Shown here: positions 34,121-48,438 of the stretch, piece after piece
Layout: each line of letters starts with the position of its first letter
How positions within the stretch are numbered: the first letter of the stretch is position 1
DNA from: Marsupella aquatica
Taxonomy: Eukaryota > Plantae > Marchantiophyta
Length of the DNA: 64,000 nucleotides
NCBI GenBank assembly: GCA_973895155.1
Contig: OZ316892.1
Span: 13,692,761 to 13,756,760 of the forward strand
Reading direction: 5' to 3'
Position numbers and translations under genes: made by a program
Notes under the pieces: model-generated
Database searches by the model: none
What the model was told of the DNA's origin: nothing
What the model saw: the letters and a program-made list of their open reading frames with translations, nothing else

Positions 34121-37100
34121 ATGGGGCCTTCGATTGGTAGGTCACGGTTTCCTCTTCTCACCGTGACATTCCTTTCTCTTGCCTTCCCTTGCCTTGCATC
34201 GCGTGCTGCTTTAATTATCCATCACCGCGCCAATTCTGTCTTTCTCTCTCGCTGTCTGTGCAGGCGTAGAGCCACCATTTCGAGTTGGATTCACAGGCAG
34301 CTTGGGGCACGTTTGGGTGGGGGCCCTGACGTCAGGCTCGCAAGATACTCCCCTTGGCAGCCTCCCCGATCTTTTATTGGTACGGTGACTATCTGAATGT
34401 TGAGCATACCTGAAGCTGTGCAGCAGAAATGATTTGCGAGTGATGATGGCTACAATGCTTCTGAAATGCTGTTTTTGTTCGTTTGTCCTTGCAGCCCTCG
34501 ACGCTGCCGCGAGAGACACCAGAACTGATTCGTCAGAGGATTGCGAAGGAGTATCTGACTCCTTCGCTCGATGGTGAAGCTGACAGTGTTAGTGGATGTG
34601 GAAAGGTGTGGGATTTTGACTGGTATGGAGAAGGACTTCGACGATTAGATCCATCCTTACCGCCGGTGATCGTTGTTCCTGTCTATGAACCCCCTTTCAG
34701 ACGTACTTCTGTGAGACCAGCTGGGAATGGAGTTGCAGATAAGCTTGATGCCGGAGTGGATGGTGACAAACAGTGGATACCTGGCTGTGAAGAGGTGTTG
34801 ATAATCTTACGATGTGCATAATCTTTGAAGCTTGAGTCGTCTGGATTTTGATGATTGGAGGGAGAAGTGCCCTTGATAGATCAACGTAGTACTGTTTTAT
34901 AAGCAGCCGTCCATGACTCAGGCTGTAAGGAAAATAATTTTAGGAATGTTTCCATCGGTGGAGGGTCCTGGAGATAAAACGTATCATGATCAAATCTCGG
35001 TTGTAGGTTGAGGTCATCCACTCGTCCGAAAGTGCCAACAATTCTTCCTCTGTGCTACGGAGGCCTGGCCCACCAGACCATTTTGTCCAAGGAAGCACAA
35101 GTAACCAACCATTTTTGCCAGGAGGGTTTGAGCTTTCTCAGACTTCAGAGCGATATATCCCGGAAGGGGCTTTAAATGGTGACTGGTTGCTTGAAATTCT
35201 CCAAGGAGGTCCCCTCCAGACCGTTCCTCCAGGTTTCAAGCGGGGATTGGATCTCGGTGTTCCTGAGGTGAGAAATCGAAATGCGCTGAATGGATGGTTT
35301 GCAGCTAATATCCTCGGCAATTTAGTCCTGACATGTTTGCTGACCAGGAAAAAACAAGGATGCTTTGGTATGCCATATAACGAATACTACTGCTCAAAGC
35401 TCCCTCTGGAGAGTTGATCCCCTTAAAACTGTTGTTGCTTCAAGCAGTATATAACAAAATCGTGACTGCCTGAAAAATTGAGAAAAGTACAGGAAAGTGT
35501 TGATTTAGTAGCAAACGGGGACGCTTGCACGTTGAATGCCCAACCACTGTTCCAGCGATCTGCTTTTGGCATAGTGCAGGCAGTACTGATATGTTGAGGT
35601 TGATTTGGTGTGTTGCTTGCAGCCGTTTCTGCGGAACTCACAGGACAATGCACCTGCTGGCACTCCTTTGTCCATGGTATTCTCGTTGTCAACGGCTGAT
35701 TAGATTGTTTGTAGGATCGTTTCTTGGAGTGTCCAGTGGGCATAGAAGCGTTGTATGGAGGGCTTATCTCAGTCTAGTATTCGGAAAACAGGCATTGTTA
35801 TCCGATTGAAAATGCTTGAATTCTCTGTGCTCAAAACGTTGTTGATATTGCTCGTACCCTCGCTTGAAATTGTTGCAACCTTCCAAACTGTAATGAATAT
35901 AACGAAAGCCTTTCAGAAAGAACTGTACCTGATGAGTAGAATGTGGCTTGGGGCGTTGCTTTGCAATTGAGCAGGAGACAGGTGCATCACCATTTCACGA
36001 TCTGTTTAAAAAAGCCTGGGAGGAAAGCGAAATCCGAGACGATGTGAAGCAAGGTAGAATCTTCTAAAGCAACCATCAGCGCTCCCTTGTTTGTGATATG
36101 GTCTAAACAATCTTTGACAAAAAAGGAATGTATAACGTCAAGTGTCTATTACGGGGGGAGACCAAAATATAGTTTCCACACATTCTGTAGCCAAGTCAGT
36201 AATCCACAGATTAGCTAATTCTGGTGCTAATTGCACACATTTGAGACGAGTATATTTTCTATCTTCCTAAGATCTTGAATTACGTATTAAATAATTGAAG
36301 GATATGGCTATTTTGTGGGAGGAAAGAATCTGTTGAAATGGAATTCCTTGTTAGAAGGACCGAAACATTAGCGGGAAAAAGGATTGACTGGAATGCTTGT
36401 ACTTCCCTCTGTAACTTTGATGGAAAGAAATTAAAGTGAAGTCTTTGCTTGATTGTAGGTGAATTCTCTGAAGAGGTAGTAGCTTTAGTTGATTCCAGAG
36501 ATGGACAAATGGAACAGCTCACCAGCCAGGAAGAAGATACTATGCTCGAGGATATCCTGTCAAATATCAAGGATGAGACTCTGTCTCGTTTGAAAGACGA
36601 GAAAAAAGATGTGAAGAAAGGAGAGGTAACTTGATGAGTTTTATTTTGGTTCATTCATTTTATTGCACTTCTTGTGTGACACCTTTCATCCCAAAGTACA
36701 CTGTGAATAATTTCATTTTGCGTGGTTGTACTCTTTGAATAAGGCTAATCTAAGCTATTCCGTTGTTACCTCGAAACGAGCTACCATCAGTTCCTCCCAT
36801 TGTTGCTTGGGATCCGAGCAGGAACTTTTCTGAGTCAGATCTTCAGCAGTTCACTGTGGTCCAGATGTTTTTACTGACTCCGGTGCACGGATGTTAGGCT
36901 GTCAGAGTAGATAGGTCCTCGTGGTGTGTCCCGCCAGTCCACCATAGCTGCGAAGTTTAACATGTCAACTTTTCTCAGCTCTGAGTCTTGTCAGCATCAC
37001 TTATGTCAGAAGTGGGCTTGTGTGGGAATGTTGCTTAGGTGTGGGCCGAGATGGAAGCAGTTCCAGGGATCACTGAGAGATTCCATGAACTGGTGCCAGA

Positions 37101-40100
37101 CATGGCCATGACATTTCCTTTTGAGTTGGATACTTTTCAGAAAGAGGTCCGAATATTCTAAATCCAGGAGACCTGCACAGTTTTCTCTCTTCTAGATCTC
37201 TTTGGCATTCTTCTCCCAAATCCAGAATCAAACTTCTTCTCATTTTAGACGCCCTTCACTATGGTAGAGACTGGTTATGTTTCTGCATCTTCTTTTAGTT
37301 GTTGCTCTTCGAACTAACCTGAGAGCCGCGTCGCTGGATTATTGTGGTGCAGGCTATCTATCACCTTGAGAGAAATGAATCTGTTTTTGTAGCTGCTCAC
37401 ACATCAGCAGGGAAGACTGTTGCTGCGGAGTATGCTTTTGCTTTGGCGACGAAGGTTGGTGCTACCGCTTCATGCTAAGCCATGGAACCCAAGGATGCGT
37501 TGTCAGTTTTCAGGGGACTTATTAGTTCACTGAGTATCTCTATTATATTTCAGACACCCTTTCTTTGGGAGGTACTGAAGACTCTAAGTGGCATATCAGT
37601 GGAAGCAGTTTTTGAAATTCTAAGCAGATGTAAGCTTGTGCAGTGGCTAATAAACCTCGTAGATTGATTGCTCTGCTCGCATATATACCCGCTAAATTGC
37701 AAGTGACATTTAATCTCATCGTGGAGCTCATCGAGCTCCAAGTGGACGTCTTGTTTCAAACATGCAGCCTGCCTCATTGGACACATTTTTCTTTCTTGCG
37801 TGCAGCATTGTACCAGAGCCGTCTACACTTCACCAATCAAGACCATTAGCAATCAAAAGTTCCGAGATTTCAGTGACAAGTTTGATGTTGGCCTTTTGAC
37901 TGGTGATGTGAGCTTAAGACCAGAGGCTTCTTGTCTTATTATGACCACAGAGATTTTGCGGTCCATGCTCTACAAAGGCGCTGATATTGTTCGAGACATA
38001 GAGTGGGTAATTGAAAAATTCCCTCGTGATGTCACCCGTTCAAACATTGGTTCAGTCATTGTTAAGTAAATTTTGGGGTCTGATTTGGCCCTCCAGTTAG
38101 CATCAGCAATTGTTTTACCATGTAAACTTCTTTACCGTCTGGGCCACATACACTTCGCTCAAAATGATTGTGTGGTTATTGAACTCGCAATGATGTTAAT
38201 TTGGGTCTGTGGCTGATTCAAGGTCATATTTGACGAAGTTCATTATGTAAATGACGTGGAAAGAGGTGTTGTTTGGGAGGAGGTGATTATCATGCTCCCT
38301 GAACATGTCAACATGGTCCTCTTATCCGCTACCGTAAGTGCTTCAAATCTCAAAGTGGACTCCTTTTCCTGTGTATTGATTTGTAATTCAGAAAGGCAAT
38401 AATCTATTTTGTGTTTTTTGTTTTATGAGTAATTTTAACACGCACGTATATCTAGTCAAGAAGAAGGTCAAGTGCAGAGACTCCAGTCTCAACTACTCTG
38501 GAAGGGGACTTATACATAAGCTATTGAGGGTTCTGCTAAAATGTTCCTGTACTTCTCTGTTTCGTGTGATTTAGGTGCCAAATACATTTGAGTTTGCAGA
38601 TTGGATAGGGAGGACCAAGCGCAAGAAGATCTTTGTAACAGGGTATGTATATTAGCTAGACAGAAGTCATCTCCACACGCCTCGTTTGATCCAGCTCGGT
38701 TGCTGTTTGCTACCAGAAGCCTAACTTTGGGAGGTTCTGTGCCCTCCTTCTGGGCTCCACTGTGTGGAGCCAGAAGTCTCTCGTTTGGAGGCCCCAAGAT
38801 ATTTGGGGTTTGTGGTGTTTGCATGTTGGTCAAGTTCGTGAACTTTCTAAGAAGGCTGGTTTATGCGCTTGCCTCATATTAGTTGGATGGTTACGACTGG
38901 GAGAGTCCTTCAATTGTATTGGTTGTTTATAGGTATGGAAACCTGGTCGCTGCCTAGCGTACATGTTGCACTAGCGTTTGTTGTGCACTTTAGTTTTTTG
39001 CGTATTTGTTGTTTATCATAGTTCGCAAGTCAGCAGATGTATGGCCAGTGGCCCAACGAGGGTATGGCGAGTAGAGTGGCTCCTCCTCACTTCGGAGCCT
39101 AATGTCAAGTTCTAAAATGTTGAAAGCTTCATTTTATGTTTTTTCTCAGAACAACTCGAAGGCCTGTTCCATTGGAACACTGCCTTTATTACTCCGGGGA
39201 GCTTTACAAGATTTGCAGTTTGGAGAATTTTCTACCACAAGGAGTTAAGGAAACTCGAGATGCCCACCATGCCAAGACAGCCTCAAAGTCTGGTTCTGGC
39301 AGTTCTCAGGGGCGAGGAGGACCGGGTAGAGGCAGTCATCCTCATGGGCAAAAGGCTCTTGGAGGAAAGGGAGGGAATCAAGGCGGGGTTGGTTTTCAAA
39401 AGGGTGGCAGTGGTGCATGGCGTTCAGAAACATCTCAGTGGTATTCTTTTGTCAATTATCTTCTGAAGAAGGGTTTATTACCTGTAAGTATCTCGGCACG
39501 CGTCTTTACTTAAACGTTCTGTCAACCATATTCTGTCTATTATGACGTGAAAAAGGAATTGCCAGTAAATATTGTCTTCTCAGCTGCATTCGATCTGCGG
39601 CGAAACTGTAAATTTGTTGCCACTCTGGTGCAGGTGGTTGTTTTTTGTTTCTCGAAAGTTCGCTGTGACCAGTCAGCGGATAGCTTAACAGCAACAGATT
39701 TGACAACAGGATCTGAAAAGAGTCAAATAAAAATATTTTGCGACACCGCTTTTTCACGCCTCAAAGGATCTGATCGGCAACTTCCTCAGGTTTGCAATTT
39801 CCAGGAACTAACTCTTGAGCAAGGATGCATGCTGATCACAGGAACGTGAAAGTGATGCACTGGACGGACTACGAGACAACTGACTTCTACAAAACAGAAG
39901 CAACTTGTTGGGTTTAATATCATTCTCCACATTGGATGAGCCTTATGGGTTCTCACATTTCAGTCCTGTTTTCCCTTAATCAACAGACGGAAAACCTTTG
40001 TGAGAGAGAACTTTCGATGATCATGAAGGGCACTCCGCAGTAGGGCATTCGGCTCTAGTTCGTGATCTGTCAAGTTGGGAAGCTTAAGAACGTGTGTGCG

Positions 40101-43100
40101 AACATGGACCATGCTTAAGCTGTACAAGCATGGTTGGACTATAATATAGCTTCTGCTACCCTTGTCCAGGTCCGAAGAGTGGAAGACCTTCTCAGGAGAG
40201 GTATTGGGGTCCACCATGCTGGCCTTCTTCCCATTGTTAAAGAGGTCGTTGAAATGCTCTTCTGTCGTGGAGTAATCAAGGTATTACATTCGTGTGCCCT
40301 CTTCGAAGGATAGAGTGGAATCCTGGTTGAAGTACATGGCAACATGAAGTTTGGTGCAGCTATCACTGATAACTAACTACCATTGTTTGTGAGTCTGTGT
40401 CATCCTCATTTTTAAAGAGTATCTTGGAATGCTTGTTGACTTCAGGTTCTATTTTCTACGGAGACTTTTGCAATGGGAGTAAATGCTCCGGCCAGAACGG
40501 TGCACTTCTCTTGCTTTCGAATTTGTGTTATTATTGTCTCTCATAAGAGGCTGTCAAGTTTTCTAAGTCCTTGCGAAGATATGACAACCTAAACCATCCT
40601 AGTTTGAACTTAACTCAATTGACAGGATCTTATAAGTCAGCCTCAATTTATACTCTCGTCCATTGCTTGCCACCAGTTTTTGGATTATGTATGAGAACGA
40701 AGACTTTCAATTTTTGCACAGAGAGTGCAGAAGCTTGTTATCTCTTGAAACCAGAAATTTTAAGAAATTTCCAGTCTGCTTACTTCAGATAGTTATGAAA
40801 AGGATATGCAAGCATTTTGCCTTCCTGCCTAAAAGTACCGTAAACTTCTGTGTCTTGTTTTGCTTCCAATTGGTTTCGAGCTCAAATTCGAGAACAAATT
40901 ACCTGTACGTATCGCAGGTTGCATTTCATAGCTTCCGCAAACATGATGGAAAGTCATTTAGGCAACTGCTACCCGGTGAGTACACACAAATGGCTGGAAG
41001 AGCAGGACGACGTGGTCTTGACAAGGTAATCTTTGATGAACTTGCGCTTCACACTGGTAGTTTTGCTTCTAATCTTGCTGATCTTGGTAAAGAAAGCCTT
41101 CTTACCGTGAATTGTCTGCCTATCGCTCCACAGGTTGGAACGGTAGTTGTAATGTGTTGGGATGATATTCCTGAGGAAGGAGATCTGCGGCGACTACTCA
41201 CTGGGAAGCCAACTAAGTTAGAGTCACAATTTCGACTCACTTACAGTATGATCCTGAATCTCTTGCGCGTGGAAGAGTTGAAGGTTCGGTTCCGTCTTTT
41301 CCTGATAACGACTATTTAGGAGTAGCCAAACTATGACTGGAACAGATTTTACTGGTTCGTTGGTGTACGCTATGTGGTGTTGCAAATACAGACTGCATAG
41401 CACACACCTCATTGGGATGAGAAATGTACCAGGAATTGGCATTGGCCAGTTTGAAAGTAGTTGTTAATAAAAGTGAATTATGTACACATTTGAGAAGCAA
41501 TTGCTTTCAGAACGCAATGAACTTGTACGCATTCAAGAATATGAAAACTTGTGAGAATAACTTATCGTATAAACTGGCGCATGTAGGTGGAAGATATGTT
41601 AAAACGGAGTTTTGCCGAATTTCATGCCCAACGTGCACTGCCAGAGCAACAACAGCAACTTCTTGAAAGAGAGGGTGCCCTCTCAAAAATGAATGCCACA
41701 ATTGAGTAAGTAAGAACTGTTGGCCAACCCCTTAGTCACAGAATGTCAGATGTTGATTTGCATTGGGATGTCCAGGTGCGAATCTCCTACCACTAGTTCG
41801 TACAACGAGTGTCTTCGCATCTGCATACGCTGCGCTACTTTAGTTTCAAAGAAGGCATTTTTGGATTATCACTGCTTAAATAGGATGATCATTAAAGCTT
41901 TCAGTGTCTTCTAATGGATGGACGTTCCAACAGTTGCATACTCGGGGATCCAACAATTGAAGAATACTACGAGCTCGCAGTGGAAGCAGACAGACTGGGA
42001 GGGCTTGTTCAAGATACAGTAATGCAATCACGTTCTGCTCAGCAGGCGCTCACTCCAGGAAGGGTTGCAATAGTCCAAATGCCTACGGTTAGTTTTTTGC
42101 AAGCTTTTCAATTTTGCGTACAACTCAAGGGGGTCAAAATTCCCCTTTAAACTTGGGGCAGCGGTTTTTACTGCATCATTTGATAGTGATCTTAGGGCAC
42201 TTACATTCTGAAGCTTAACGATCTTTTGGCGGCTATGGTCAACTAGAACATAGTACCTTTGGCTGAATATTCTCAGTCTTCTTGCGACTTTCGGTGTGTT
42301 ATGATCAGGTAGAAGTTTGCTTTGTGTAGCTGTGCTGTTTAATTGGGAATGTTAGCGTTGAAGAAGTTTTACTATACTGTTTGGTTGCTTGGAATCTTAT
42401 AATGGCAATTGTTCTGTTGTCAATCTGCATCACCTTTGTCGGTACAAGATCTGTCCATTTCGCTTATATGGTCTTACTAAAATGCACTGATCTTGCAGGT
42501 GCCAATACCCTCTTTAGGAGTTGTTATCAAAGCACCAACAGGAACTAACAAGATGACTATTGTTCTGGCGCTGCATCGTGGTCCAGTTCCATCAACTCCC
42601 ATGGTAATTTCTGGCAACCAAAGTGTAGTCTCACTTCCGGGGAAGAAGTCTGCAGATGAAGGTTATTTTATAAGCCGAAAAGGGAATCGGACCCTTGATG
42701 ACGAGTACTCAGTCTCCAGTGGATCCTCTCGCAAGGGGTCTGGCACTGTAAGAATCTCCTTCCCACATTATGGAACAGCAGGGGGAGCGAATTATGTTGT
42801 TTTGGAAGTGGAGAGCAAAAACTTTGTAAGTATATGCAAAGCAAAAATCAAGGTTGACCCAGTGCGACTTCTGGAGGATGTGAATGCAACAGCCTATGCA
42901 TCGACCATACAGCAGCTTCTACTTCTTGAACAGGAGCATGCAGGGGAGGATCCCCCTGCACTAGATCCCTTAAAAGGTAAATTATTTCCTGCTCCCATTA
43001 GTCAGATTTGGAGAACATTAGCATATTGAGGTTTGTTACCGCTTGCAGGATTCATTTACCACAAAGGACTAGTAGCTCTCATCCAAGAAGTACCCTGTAT

Positions 43101-45100
43101 ATTTCTGTCCACTGCATCTCTAAGATTCGCTCTCATTAATTCCTAGCCCCAGATGTGGGTCATTGGGACAGCGCTTGATTCTTAGGCGGCCTTAACTCGT
43201 ATGTATTCCTATAGCTTGATAAGTGTTCGTTGGAACTATTATGTCCTGTTATATCAGTTTTACTATTATCTACTGAATATTGGTATGGCAGATATTTTAT
43301 GACAGTGAAAATATGTACGTAGTCGAAGCTAAACTACATTTTAAGTTTCCAATAATACTCTAACCATTTTGGGTTCTTGCAATGTTGACAGAGACTAGTC
43401 TTTGACTCCATTCTTGACATTTGTGTCCAGATTTGAAGTTAAGTGATCTGGAGGTTGTCGAAAACTATCGGAAGAGGCAGTATCTCTTAGCAAAAATGGC
43501 TCCAAACAAATGCCATCGATGCCCAAAATTGCAGGAACATTATTCGATAGTCAGAACTCAGCACGTATTGAAAGAGAGGGTCAAGCAGCTTAAATATGAG
43601 CTTTCAGACGCTGCCCTTCAACAGATGCCAGACTTTCAACAACGGGTGAGTTCCAGACCCATCTTATCCTTCCAGTCATGTATTTCATTACAGCCTCGTA
43701 CTGACCAAGAATTTCGAGTCCAGCGTTGTCTAGTAGCTGCATTTGCCATCATCTTGAATTGACAAATTGAGCCCTCAATTTTTGTAGTTTATCCCCCTTC
43801 AGATACACAGGAGCCCGTGGTCGTGCTACCTGGCATCCATCGATTTGTTCACATCGCCTTTCGAATTGCTTTTGATTCATCTGTCTAAATCTGTCATTGT
43901 TTCAGCCAGAAAGCTTCAGTCAGAATTTCTTATCATACCTCGTTTGTGTATCTCGCAATTTCTTGGCAGCTCGTTTGTTTGCTGCAAAGGACTTTTTCTG
44001 CTTGTGATTATTTCTGAAAGGCTATTACTAACTAAGACACCTTCTCTAAGCAGATTGAGGTACTCCAGGAGGTTGGGTGCATCGATGCAGAATTGGTGGT
44101 CCAGCTGAAAGGACGGGTTGCTTGTGAAATAAACAGCGGAGACGAGCTGATTGCAACAGAATGCTTGTTTGATAATCAACTTGATCACCTCGACCCTGCA
44201 GAAACAGTGGCTTTATTATCTGCACTTGTATTTCAGCAAGATGCTAGTGAACCTCTTCTATCTCCGCAGCTTGCTGCTGCAAAGGACAGGTGCGGGGCTG
44301 AAATGAAAATTGGAAGAGCTATTTTATTTTTTCCTTCATTTGGGACCGTTTATAATATCTTTTCGAAACTAGACGGATACCTTCTTACGAAGGTTCCTTG
44401 AATGTGCGACTGAAAGATGTCTGTTCTCCGGAAAATTGATGCTCACTCTGTTTATGTCTCTGTTGTTCCTTTCTGCCATCTTATGCTCTTCATTTCTATA
44501 ATCAGGCTATATAATACTGCTGTTATGCTCGGGGAAGTTCAAGCTCACCATGGTCTCCCGATAAATCCGGTTGATTTTGCCCGTGCAACCCTCAGATTTG
44601 GTCTCGTGGAGGTTGTCTATGAGTGGGCTAAGGTACCTGTCTTCAGTTCTAGTTTGTTGCAATTCTGTATGGATTCTAATTTTTTACTGCCACATGGTAC
44701 ATTGCTTTGAAATGAATAGTAGTCTGCACAAATGAGTAAGTTCACCCAGTGAATAGCAAAGTATTCTAGCTAGAGAATCAGGATTGAAATCAGAGAGGCG
44801 TATGAGAAGGCACAGCTTTGACACACTGCACTGGTCTCATAGCCTGGACAAAACTATCTTCAATTTGTTGTGCAGGGCACTCCTTTTGCCGATATATGTG
44901 AACTGACTGACGTCCCAGAAGGGTCAATTGTGCGGACCATTGTGAGGCTCGATGAGACGTGTCGGGAGTTCAAAAATGCAGCTCGTATCATTGGGGATTC
45001 CTCACTTTTCAAAAAGATGGAGGAAGCGTCTGATGCAATCAAGCGAGATATTGTTTTTGCTGCCAGTCTATATGTAACAGGACTCCCGTCTCCGAGTTGA
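34121..45100 (+). CDS. SKI2: SKI2 DExH-box RNA helicase (cytoplasmic exosome cofactor, DExH11-like), about 1349 aa
   Basis: 25 GT-AG exons, total 4050 nt, in frame: 34121-34136, 34264-34379, 34495-34794, 35007-35267, 35623-35676, 35975-36053, 36459-36625, 37039-37146, 37353-37454, 37806-38006, 38223-38333, 38575-38642, 39150-39483, 39634-39789, 40170-40280, 40446-40499, 40918-41025, 41134-41283, 41587-41705, 41934-42087, 42499-42976, 43431-43645, 44054-44289, 44506-44632, 44876-45100. Motifs [43 protein letters not shown] and C-terminal [11 protein letters not shown]. Exons 1 and 5 are the least certain. Confidence 0.96.
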
Positions 45101-46443
45101 GTTCACGGTTAAGGGGCTTTAGTTGAAGATGCTGAACGACATGAGCAAGGACCTACCTTGAGGTGTGATTGATAGCGTGGATCTTACCTGTTTTGGATTC
45201 CTTACTGTAGACTTGAACAGGCTCTATGCATCGCAAACTGGCTAGATTATTAAAGTGACTAGCATCTTGTGTAAGAGAAGTTGTTCCTGGGTCTCCTTCT
45301 GATGCTTTCTTCAATTCCTTGTGCTCAGGAGCAAGTTGTAGAGACTAAATTGGATGCTTGTAGCTTTTTGGGACCGTATATCGAAACAAGCTGCACTTGA
45401 CGATATCCTGGCGACGGAGAGCAGGGCCACAATTGCCAGAGAGGGTTGCTCAAACCTTGGAGCTTTGTCTTGTAGTTTACAAATTGCTCTCACGATAGTT
45501 CGGGATGTATAAATTTGTTGCCCACAGTTACACTAGCAATTTTGAAGAATCCTTCCGTAAACGGTTCCTCAAAGAAAATCCATCTCTTTTGAGAGGAGAG
45601 ATGACGGTTGAACGGTACGAAATTTGTTTTTGTCCTAAATTTTGTCCAAATGTGTCCTCCTTATTGTCTAACTACGTCACAAATATTCTTCATCCTACTT
45701 GGGGAGGACCTGTCGCCTCAAAGTACATTGTCCCCATGCTCAAGTGCCTCAAGTTATTTGATATCTGCCTCTGAAGTTTGTGAGTTGTTGAGAGCTAAAT
45801 GCTTGCTTTGATACTGAGTGAGTGAGTTTGGTGTGCTGATTCGACAATTCACAGTTGTCAATTTCACAATCATTGTGCTCGTCTCAGTGGCATGTTCAAT
45901 GATATAAGTGTTTGCTTCTCAACACTGTATTCAGTTTCTGTATCTTTCTGTCCACAAACAACTTTGACTTTCCTGAAACCACAACTCGGGGTATAAAGGG
46001 ACCCCTATCCCTCCCCGAGCGCATGCCATTCTGCCCGAGTTGGGACTTTCCTTGGGACTTTCCTTAAACCACACCTGCCCATATAAAAGCCTCATTCTCT
46101 CCCTCACTACTCCTCATTCCTGTCCTGTCAGATGTGGTTTTTCCATTGATTCTATACAAATGTGAATATACTCTTTGGGTAAAAAGTTTGGGATAAATCT
46201 CAGTCAAGTTTCCTAGCTTCTAGAATGTTTCTGCAAACCTAAAACCATGAAAAAAGTGAAGTCCAACAATGGAGCCTCTCTTCGTGCAGTTGGTGTCACT
46301 GGGTAGGGTAGCATTGGTAAGGTGTTTTTGCTCAATATACATGATATCTAGCAAATAAAACAGCCAACATAACACATGCAGTCTTCATGTGACCAACGTG
46401 CTCCTTGGTCACCCACCTGGTTATTTAATGTGTGCTCCAGCAA

Positions 46444-46757
46444 GCACCATGGTATGGTATTATACCCAGTAGAGTGTTAGGTACTGACCCAAGTCAGAGC
46501 TGCAGGTAATAACACATCAAAATGTGGGAACATGAGGCACAGGTAATAACACATCAAAATGTGGGAACATGAGGCCTACACTCATTGAGTTAAAAAAATT
46601 AACAAGGTTTATGACGTTATGCACCATGGTATGGTATTATACCCAGTAGAGTGTTAGGTCCTGACCTAAGTCAGAGCCCCTGCAGGTAATCACACATCAA
46701 AATGTGGCAACATAAGGCATACACTCATGGAGTTCAAAAAAAATAACAAGGTTTATC
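46444..46757. repeat. 177-bp tandem duplication with a nested 37-bp duplication
   Basis: GCACCATGGTATGGTATTATACCCAGTAGAGTGTTAGGT starts at 46444 and 46621. CAGGTAATAACACATCAAAATGTGGGAACATGAGGC is doubled within the first unit. Confidence 0.9.
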
Positions 46758-48438
46758 ATGGTATGGAGCACTGAAAGCAGGGTTTTGTTGTGCCAGGTGG
46801 GGGTTTGGAGGGGTCTAATATCACTCCAAGATTCCTGGAGCCAATGTGAGGGCAGCATTAATTACAGTCATACAGCAGAGCACCCCTCAAAGGTCACCCC
46901 TCCCTGCATGCTAGCAATTACTGAAATGTACGCACGCTCTGTTCTGCTTAGGGAAAATTACAAGACTAACATTAGAAGGTCCCAAAATTGCTTGCATACC
47001 CTTTCAAGTTTGAAATCTCTACTATAATCCATGATCAAAGTCTACCTTCATGACCTACTTCACAAACTGATCCATAGATCATAATTCTCTATGTAAATGT
47101 TTGATATTTAGACTATGCTTGTGAGCAAGGATGGGCATGGGGAGTCTGGGTACAAGGATCCTTTCCTGTACATATGCACGACTATTTGGATTAGTTTACA
47201 AAGATATCCAAGCAATGTATCCATGAGTGAAAGGTGTCCTTTGTTTCTCACTTTTGCACTGGCTTTTTGTGTAGCAGACTACAACCTATAGTGTCCGGTG
47301 TCATGGAATACACAGCACATTGCATAATGGCAGAATTTTGCTTTCAATGACCATTGACAGAGGTGGTGGCATCCCAGGTGGCATAAGTTCAGAGGAGTAT
47401 TGTTTGTAATCTCTCAAACTTTAGAGGTCTTTTGGCAAAGTTGGCAACCTGTAGGGGTAACTTGGTAAATTTCACTTCTAAATATAGTAGAATTGTATTA
47501 GTCCAGGGCCAGGGTGTGGGAGACGGAGTGCTCTCCCCCCAAACCCTGCCCATTGAAGCATACTATAAAGGTGGTTGTGATTTGAATTGTTTTTCTGCAC
47601 ACATATGGTGCATATGCAAACTGTTTTTGAAAAATCTTATCCAAAGGTGAATGACTAACTCAGTGACTACTTGCCAGCAGGTGGGGAGCAGGTGGAGTCT
47701 GAAACATGGGCTGAAACAGGGGCCAAAGTTTTTGAGTATGGCTCCTGGCTGTGTTGTGGAGATTGTGTATTCTCCTCTACATTGACTGGAACTCTTGTTT
47801 TAGTGTTAGTTTGGTATTGGGGTGCTGGCTGACTCCATCTCCCTTGCCTACTCTGTTCAGATCAGCTTACACCCCTGTATGTATCCAGTTGCAAAAAGCG
47901 CCACCCAAAGACAAGACCCAAGGGGCCAGAGACCCATCAAAGGGAGAACACAAAGGACCAACCCCAAGAGGACCAAATAGCTAAAGAGTCCTTGAGTCTC
48001 CTAGAATAGTAGAGGAACTAAAGCCCTATTGAGTAGCAATAAGAGGGATTTGTTTAGATGTCTCAAAACCAACAACCTCACTGACATTCTATGGTCTAAC
48101 TTCAAATTTTTAAATCTAGTCTTTTAGTGACCCAGGTATCTTGTTTGCAAAACATTCACCTCGAACAACACTGTCATGTCATCTGTGATGGCAAGTTTAG
48201 TCTTGCCTGGCACCACTACAAAATGAAAAATGTTTTTAAAAAAGAAAACAACTCTAAAATACCTTGCCACTAGTGATGTTCTAATTGACAAATGTCACAT
48301 TTGTTTGTATTTGCAAATATGTTTTGTATATGGATGACAATTTCACCAACATATGAGGGGAACCATATTGGAAAAGTGTGGTATATTTGTAATTATAAAA
48401 TGTGGCATTGTTGCAAAATTGAGCATCTTTAGCGAAAA

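Noticed and set aside
40663-41319. 218-aa ORF that might be a separate gene
   Set aside because: It is SKI2 exons 17-18 read through stop-free intron sequence.
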